Below, one piece after another: positions 58,636 to 64,000 of a stretch of 64,000 bases of DNA (positions are counted from its first letter, which is position 1; each line of letters begins with the position of its first letter). The stretch lies in IMG/VR virus record IMGVR_UViG_3300037067_021615, positions 1 to 64,000 of that record; one strand, written 5' to 3'. The DNA is from a virus (taxonomy: Duplodnaviria > Caudoviricetes). The notes below the pieces were generated by a model. The model did not search any database, was not told the origin of the DNA, and was given only the letters and a program-made list of their open reading frames with translations. The position numbers and the translations under genes were made by a program.

Positions 58636-59319
58636 TTAAACTCCTGGCATTGAAGGTGGCGATGTTATATCTTCTTGAGATGGCTCCATGGGAGGTGTGG
58701 CAGTTGGGGCTGGGACTGGTGTTGTTGCTTTATCTTCAGTATTTTCAGAAGGATTTAAAATTTGATTAAATTTTTCTTTGAAAATTTCTTCAAATAAATT
58801 TAATATTTTTCCAAAAACGTCTTTTGTTTCTTTGTTGATTTCAAAGGTTTTTAAATTCCCATTTTCGATTATGTTTTTAATTTTAAACCCATTTAACAAA
58901 GACATTGTGAACCCTATAGCTTCATCTCCTATAGTTATTTCTCCCGATGTTATTGCATCTTTTTGCCCATTTCTTATTGGAAAATCTACAATTTGCCCAT
59001 TTTGTCCAGGACCAAGTTGTTTTTTAAAAGATATTCCTGGAAAACGATTTTTAAATTCTTTTTCAAATTGCTGGAATTCTTTAGAAGAAATTCTTGGTCT
59101 TTCGTTAGTTTCATGAAGTCTTAATTTATAGCTTATTTCCTCTTCTGTTCCAAATAAAGCATCATGAGCATCTTGAGCCCTTTGTGCTTTAGTTTTTTTA
59201 ATTTCTTCTTGTCTAGTTTTTAATTTTTCAGGCAATTGTCTCATTTCATCATAGACCACTTCATCTATGCATGCTCTAATTATTTCTAATAATTTTTTTT
59301 TTGTAATTTCGTCTACCAT
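58636..59319 (-). CDS. late-class hypothetical protein
   Basis: Co-oriented with the endolysin; Pro-rich tail. Confidence 0.65.
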   Translation of the reverse strand: MVDEITKKKLLEIIRACIDEVVYDEMRQLPEKLKTRQEEIKKTKAQRAQDAHDALFGTEEEISYKLRLHETNERPRISSKEFQQFEKEFKNRFPGISFKKQLGPGQNGQIVDFPIRNGQKDAITSGEITIGDEAIGFTMSLLNGFKIKNIIENGNLKTFEINKETKDVFGKILNLFEEIFKEKFNQILNPSENTEDKATTPVPAPTATPPMEPSQEDITSPPSMPGV

Positions 59320-59321
59320 AG

Positions 59322-59615
59322 TTATAATTCGTTAAAATAAGAAGTGATAAATTTTGATTTTTCCCACATAAATTTATTCTGTTTAATAAAAGCAGCAATC
59401 ATCAAGTCTTTTATTTGTTTTTTTGTAATAATTTTTTTATCTAAAGATTCAATTTCTCTTTTTAAAAATGATAAAAATTCAGTTTTTTGAGATTTTTCAC
59501 TATCTTTAATAGCTTTAAGAATTTGTTTATCTATAAATTCCTTTTCTTTGTTTAGTTCCTTCTCAATAATTGCTTTTACTATTTCTCTAATTTTTATTTC
59601 ATCGTCTTTTGTCAT
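59322..59615 (-). CDS. small coiled-coil protein; start MTKDDE
   Basis: ATG 2 nt after the endolysin stop. Confidence 0.6.
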   Translation of the reverse strand: MTKDDEIKIREIVKAIIEKELNKEKEFIDKQILKAIKDSEKSQKTEFLSFLKREIESLDKKIITKKQIKDLMIAAFIKQNKFMWEKSKFITSYFNEL

Positions 59616-59616
59616 A

Positions 59617-60516
59617 TTAATTAAACTCTTTAGAAATTCTATTAAGTATTTCAAACAATCTAGTATCTGGATATGTATCAAATTTATCTTTTCTTACAGT
59701 GGAGTGTGACCATATTCCAGGCAAACTTTTGTTAATTACATCTTGATTGTATTCTAACCAACTTTTATCAAAATTTTTTTGAACTTTTATGCTATATTTT
59801 TTAATTAAAAATCTCAAAAGACTTTCTAAATTTTTTAATTGTTCATCAGTATAGTTAAAATAATATTTATATCCTCTAAATGGCTGGTCAAGTATATATA
59901 CATTTTTAGTATCAACTTTTGTTGTATAGTCATTAGGCCAGGCAAAAAAATCATTTCCCCTTTTAATAAGAGGGCCAAAAGCACAAATCTCAATTCCAAT
60001 TGAAATTCTATCCAATTTCCCATTTGTTCCCTTTATTCCAAGATGAAAACCCCAATAATCTGGATTAAAAGCTTGAACGATTGTTCCTGTATTTCCATCT
60101 ATTACATAGGCAGTAGCAACTCTTGGCTCGTCGCTATTCCATCCATTAATAGTTCCTTCTGCACTTGGACGACCTGCTGTAAAATGGATAAAAATCTGAC
60201 TTTTTGAAGTTATTTGTTTAACATATTGATTTTCTGGCATCTGGCAATCCGTCCTTATTTCAAGGCCATTATAATTAATTGCTTGTAATTGAGTAAGGTC
60301 TTCTTTTGAAGTTTTTTTCTGTGCGGCTTTTAACGTTGTTAATGTTTTATCATTTACAATTCCATCTTGTGGAATTCCATATTTTTTTTGAAAGGCTTTT
60401 ATAGACCTAAGTGTTTTAGGCCCAAAAGAAGAATCAACTATTAAGTCATAACCTAATAATGATAACAGTTTTTGTACTTCTGCTACTTCTGCACTTTTAT
60501 CCCCAAATTTTATCAT
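59617..60516 (-). CDS. endolysin: PG-binding domain plus N-acetylmuramoyl-L-alanine amidase (Amidase_2)
   Basis: VQ..L...GY...D..FG..T...FQ...G...DG; IHFTAG, SIGIEI, HS...K.D. Confidence 0.88.
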   Translation of the reverse strand: MIKFGDKSAEVAEVQKLLSLLGYDLIVDSSFGPKTLRSIKAFQKKYGIPQDGIVNDKTLTTLKAAQKKTSKEDLTQLQAINYNGLEIRTDCQMPENQYVKQITSKSQIFIHFTAGRPSAEGTINGWNSDEPRVATAYVIDGNTGTIVQAFNPDYWGFHLGIKGTNGKLDRISIGIEICAFGPLIKRGNDFFAWPNDYTTKVDTKNVYILDQPFRGYKYYFNYTDEQLKNLESLLRFLIKKYSIKVQKNFDKSWLEYNQDVINKSLPGIWSHSTVRKDKFDTYPDTRLFEILNRISKEFN

Positions 60517-60584
60517 ATATAATTTTATTTCTTTATAAATATGTATTTTTTTCTTATTTTTCTATAAAAAATAATATTCTAAAA

Positions 60585-60613
60585 CAAAAAAGCCCCTATT
60601 GAGGCTTTTTTTT
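60585..60613 (-). terminator. intrinsic terminator
   Basis: AAAAAAGCC-CCTATTGA-GGCTTTTTTT. Confidence 0.7.
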
Positions 60614-60647
60614 ATTTTATGTTATTTTTTTAACTTTTATTATTAAT

Positions 60648-61322
60648 TCATTTATTTTTTTCTTCATTAATTCCTTCTGCAAATTTACCAGGTGCACTAA
60701 GAATATCTGGAGCAGTATAAACTCCTGCATCTACAAATTCTCCTTTTGTTTTGTCCCATTTGGCATATTTAGCTTGTGGATTTTTTTGCACAAAAGCTAA
60801 ATATTTTTCTTTGAATTCTGGTTTTAACTTATTAAACCAAGGACCTTTTGTGGGATGACTCATAATCAGCTTTAGAGCCTCTTCTCTACTAACACCTTCT
60901 TCAACAACTGCTTCATTAACAGTTTCTTCTGCAAATCTACCAGGTGCACTAAGAATATCTGGAGCAGTATAAACTCCTGCATCTACAAATTCTCCTTTTG
61001 TTTTGTCCCATTTGGCATATTTAGCTTGTGGATTTTTTTGCACAAAAGCTAAATATTTTTCTTTAAATTCTGGTTTTAACTTATTAAACCAAGGACCTTT
61101 TGTGGGGTGACTCATAATCAGTTTTAGAGCCTCTTCTCTACTAACACCTTCTTCAACAACTGCTTCATCTCCTATATTATCACTTTCATATAATTCATTA
61201 AGTTGTTTGGTAATATTTTCTTTTTCCTCTTTTAATGCAATAAGCTTCTTAATCTTTAATGCTTCTTCTTTAATTATTCTTTCTACTATAGCTTTTTCAA
61301 TTATAACTTTTTCAGTTTTCAT
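60648..61322 (-). CDS. late-class protein with a duplicated domain (84-aa period)
   Basis: EEGVSREEALKLIMSHP...APG.FAE present twice. Confidence 0.8.
   Translation of the reverse strand: MKTEKVIIEKAIVERIIKEEALKIKKLIALKEEKENITKQLNELYESDNIGDEAVVEEGVSREEALKLIMSHPTKGPWFNKLKPEFKEKYLAFVQKNPQAKYAKWDKTKGEFVDAGVYTAPDILSAPGRFAEETVNEAVVEEGVSREEALKLIMSHPTKGPWFNKLKPEFKEKYLAFVQKNPQAKYAKWDKTKGEFVDAGVYTAPDILSAPGKFAEGINEEKNK
60674..61168. repeat. 243-bp near-identical direct repeat x2 (period 252 bp)
   Basis: 60674-60916 versus 60926-61168. Confidence 0.95.
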
Positions 61323-61439
61323 AGTAATGATTTTTTAAGTTTTCTATAAATATTAAAAAAAAATATAAAATTTAACAAATTTCCCTTAATGTAACTTTTT
61401 TTAATAATTCTCGTATATATTTATAGAAACAAATAAAAC

Positions 61440-61799
61440 ATGAAAAAAGTAAACATTACTCCAGAAGATGAACTCTATTTCATGCAAATGGAGGAAGAGC
61501 TTAATAAAAAGTTAACATTTCAAGATATTCAAGAAATGAATAAAACTATCAGTTTTTATAAAAAAGAGTATTTTGAGAACAAATCTAAATCAACAAAAAT
61601 ATTAATGAATTTTACTATTATTTTTATTTTTGGGTTATTATTCTCCATAAAATATGGAGTTTTATTAATTTTTCCATTTGCTGCTATACTTTTATTTCTT
61701 GGATATAAACTTTATGTTTTTTATAAAAAAATAAAATTTGCTGATATAATGATTGGAAATCTAGAATTTTCAAAAAAAGAATATTTCAATTCTATATAA
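61440..61799 (+). CDS. membrane protein with two TM helices
   Basis: Hydrophobic hairpin; class II and III motifs upstream. Confidence 0.6.
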   Translation: MKKVNITPEDELYFMQMEEELNKKLTFQDIQEMNKTISFYKKEYFENKSKSTKILMNFTIIFIFGLLFSIKYGVLLIFPFAAILLFLGYKLYVFYKKIKFADIMIGNLEFSKKEYFNSI

Positions 61800-61803
61800 A
61801 AAC

Positions 61804-64000
61804 TTATTTATTTTTAATCCTCTTAAGTAAGTCTTTATAAATACTTTCATTAACTGTTGTACTCTCCTTTTTGTATTCTTTATTATCCAAGGTTTTGGTT
61901 ACAATATAAGATTTATCTTTTAAAAGTTCCATAATATCTTCGTCAACAGTGTCCTGACAATAAGGAGTTATTATTTCTACTGTATCTGCGGTAGTGCTAG
62001 CTCTATGTATTCTATCCTCTACTTGCTCTTCATCTGCTGGAGTCCAAGCAAATCCCAATTTGATAAGTTTACTTGCAGCAGTTAAAGTATTGCCAACCCC
62101 AGATGCTATAATCATTCCAGAGAATACTTTTATTTCTTTATCTTCTTGAAATTTATCTATTACTGATTGTTTTTCAGCAACTGACATTTCTCCAGTATGT
62201 AAAACGGCTATTTTCCCAAATTCTTTTGCTATTTCTTTTGCCAATTCAATATAGTCTGAAACAACTACAACCTTTTCTCCACTTTCAACTATGTCTTCTA
62301 TTATTTCTTTGATTCGATTTACTTTGATTCTTCCAGTAAACATTTTGAGCTTGTGGATTTTGGTTAAATAATTATCTTTCTTTTCTATTTCCTTGCCATC
62401 AACTATTTCCTTTTTTACTTCATTTAATAATTTTTGATATTCTGCATATTCCTTATCGTCGAGTTCGATAGGAATTTCTAAATAAGTTTTTGGAGGAAGT
62501 TCTTTTAAAACATCACGTTTTAATCTTCTTAAAAAATATGGAGAAACTCTTGTAAATAACTCTTCTAAATTGGATGCTCCATCATAAATCCAACCAAAAT
62601 TATCTTGATATCCTGCTCCATATCTAACTCCAAATTCATGAGAATTCTTCCATTCTTCTGGAAAAATAAAGTTTAAGGTTGAAAAAAATTCAGATGGTCT
62701 ACTTTTTATGACAGTCCCAGATAAAAGAATTTTTTTTGGAATACATGAAAATGCTTTATGAATAATTTTTGTCCAAGTAGTTTTCAGTTCCTTCATTTTA
62801 TGGCATTCATCAATAATGATTAAATCATAATTTGATGGGTCTATCTCTTGAGAGAATTTATCTTGAAAAGATACTAAACTGGCTATTCTTGTTTTAATTT
62901 TTCCAGTGTTTTCACAAATGGGGCATTTTTTATACTGCTTTGTGAGGTCTGTTTGTTCCCATGTACATTTTCCCATTTTGCCACTCGCTTGTAACATATT
63001 TCCGCTACATTTGTGATGATATTCAAGCTTTATATATGAATCAATTGATTCATAATTGGTGATATGAAACAAAGACTCTTCTTTTGTGTGTGCTATAATT
63101 TTGCTTTTCTTTTTAGGCTTAAATTTATAGACAAATGCTTTTTCATTGGTAAATTTTAATATTTCATTTCGCCACATCAATTTTAATGATGCTGGGCATA
63201 TCACTAGTGTTTTTAATTTGTGTTTTACAGCGTAAGCGAATGCAGGTGCTGTATTATGAGTGACTGTATAATTTGTTGTTAAAAATGTATTGTCTGGAGA
63301 ATCTACAGAAATGCAAACACATTCATCTTTGCCGACATACTCAACACTTTTTATATATCGTGAACAATAATTATTTTTAACAATATTCCATTCCTTCTTT
63401 TTTGAGTCTAAGTAAAATGGGCATACTTTCATTCTTACATTTACCCGATGTTCTATACCTTTATTTTCTTTTGTTCTATCATATGAATATAATAATGCTT
63501 GCCCGCCCAAAGATTGAACTAATTCAATTACATCTTTCGCTAATTGCAAAGACTTTGTATGATAATGTATTTTGTTTTTATCTGCACTTCCATCTGTATC
63601 CATTAATCCTCTTAATAATTCAATTCTCTGTTCTATAGAGGCAAACATATATTCTTTTGGAATAAATTTATCAACTGATTTGACGTTAAGACCAAGCCGT
63701 TTAATTTCTGATTTAATAATATTTTTGCCAACAGAAGTATTTCTGGTCATATAATATTGAGGACAATTTGGAAAATTATTAATTTTTGTTTTAAATCCTT
63801 TTGGCAATTTAGGGTCAATTATTTCTTTTATCTGAATTTGATGGTCTGGAATTGATATACATATGCCGTCCAGCACTAAGCATCTATCTCCGATTAGTGC
63901 ACCAAGTATATATGGGTCTATGACAAATTTTTTTTTAAGGTAATTAACTGGCTCACTTAATGGGATTTCCCATTTCAAAACAGGCTTTCTGGTTGTTAAA
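61804..64000 (-). CDS. SNF2-family helicase (5' end outside window), intein-interrupted
   Basis: ICPASL, IDECH, LSGT, LRRLK, G.G.TL, Q.EDRIHR; frame open to the window edge. Confidence 0.9.
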   Translation of the reverse strand, partial: LTTRKPVLKWEIPLSEPVNYLKKKFVIDPYILGALIGDRCLVLDGICISIPDHQIQIKEIIDPKLPKGFKTKINNFPNCPQYYMTRNTSVGKNIIKSEIKRLGLNVKSVDKFIPKEYMFASIEQRIELLRGLMDTDGSADKNKIHYHTKSLQLAKDVIELVQSLGGQALLYSYDRTKENKGIEHRVNVRMKVCPFYLDSKKKEWNIVKNNYCSRYIKSVEYVGKDECVCISVDSPDNTFLTTNYTVTHNTAPAFAYAVKHKLKTLVICPASLKLMWRNEILKFTNEKAFVYKFKPKKKSKIIAHTKEESLFHITNYESIDSYIKLEYHHKCSGNMLQASGKMGKCTWEQTDLTKQYKKCPICENTGKIKTRIASLVSFQDKFSQEIDPSNYDLIIIDECHKMKELKTTWTKIIHKAFSCIPKKILLSGTVIKSRPSEFFSTLNFIFPEEWKNSHEFGVRYGAGYQDNFGWIYDGASNLEELFTRVSPYFLRRLKRDVLKELPPKTYLEIPIELDDKEYAEYQKLLNEVKKEIVDGKEIEKKDNYLTKIHKLKMFTGRIKVNRIKEIIEDIVESGEKVVVVSDYIELAKEIAKEFGKIAVLHTGEMSVAEKQSVIDKFQEDKEIKVFSGMIIASGVGNTLTAASKLIKLGFAWTPADEEQVEDRIHRASTTADTVEIITPYCQDTVDEDIMELLKDKSYIVTKTLDNKEYKKESTTVNESIYKDLLKRIKNK
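63253..64000 (-). mobile_element. intein with LAGLIDADG homing endonuclease (C-terminal part)
   Basis: LGALIGD and LRGLMDTDG; block F/G CISVDSPDNTFL...THN followed by Thr. Confidence 0.92.

Noticed and set aside
1137-63754. Numerous antisense or nested ORFs in the track (e.g. 1420..1821, 7768..8145, 18553..18900, 34119..34541, 48797..49180, 55696..56196)
   Set aside because: They shadow well-supported genes on the opposite strand, have Phe/Ser/Ile-rich antisense composition and lack promoter motifs

Overview
Very AT-rich, gene-dense 64 kb segment of a large (jumbo-type) dsDNA phage. Several perfect TTTG-N19-TAnnTTTG promoters and A-rich starts without Shine-Dalgarno sequences point to a Bacteroidota host. 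Layout: (1) 0-7 kb holds small, probably early genes, most behind a repeated CCCTC-N17/18-TATAT promoter, plus a solo TnpB and a tRNA-like element. (2) 7.0-7.5 kb is a non-coding repeat block, a candidate origin or terminus. (3) 7.5-42 kb is accessory metabolism: a nicotinamidase-vWA-PP2C-kinase operon, ATP-grasp, CoaB and a CoaC-M23 fusion, NadE, PncB plus Nudix, Adk, DHFR, ThyA, dUTPase, a CCA-adding enzyme and an NTase-2H-HExxH polyprotein. (4) 43-64 kb holds late/virion-type proteins, PcfJ-like proteins, an amidase endolysin and an intein-containing SNF2 helicase. Main discoveries: a 71-nt intergenic hairpin carrying a structure-preserving copy of the 23S rRNA GTPase-associated centre (29798-29868); a deamidating NAD+ salvage set (PncA/PncB/NadE/Nudix) that shares one ECF-sigma-like promoter with the CoA genes; a CoaC-M23 fusion; a leader sequence shared by many late proteins including RNA-repair-type enzymes; and attC-like cassette remnants. 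All calls come from motif reading alone; no searches were run.
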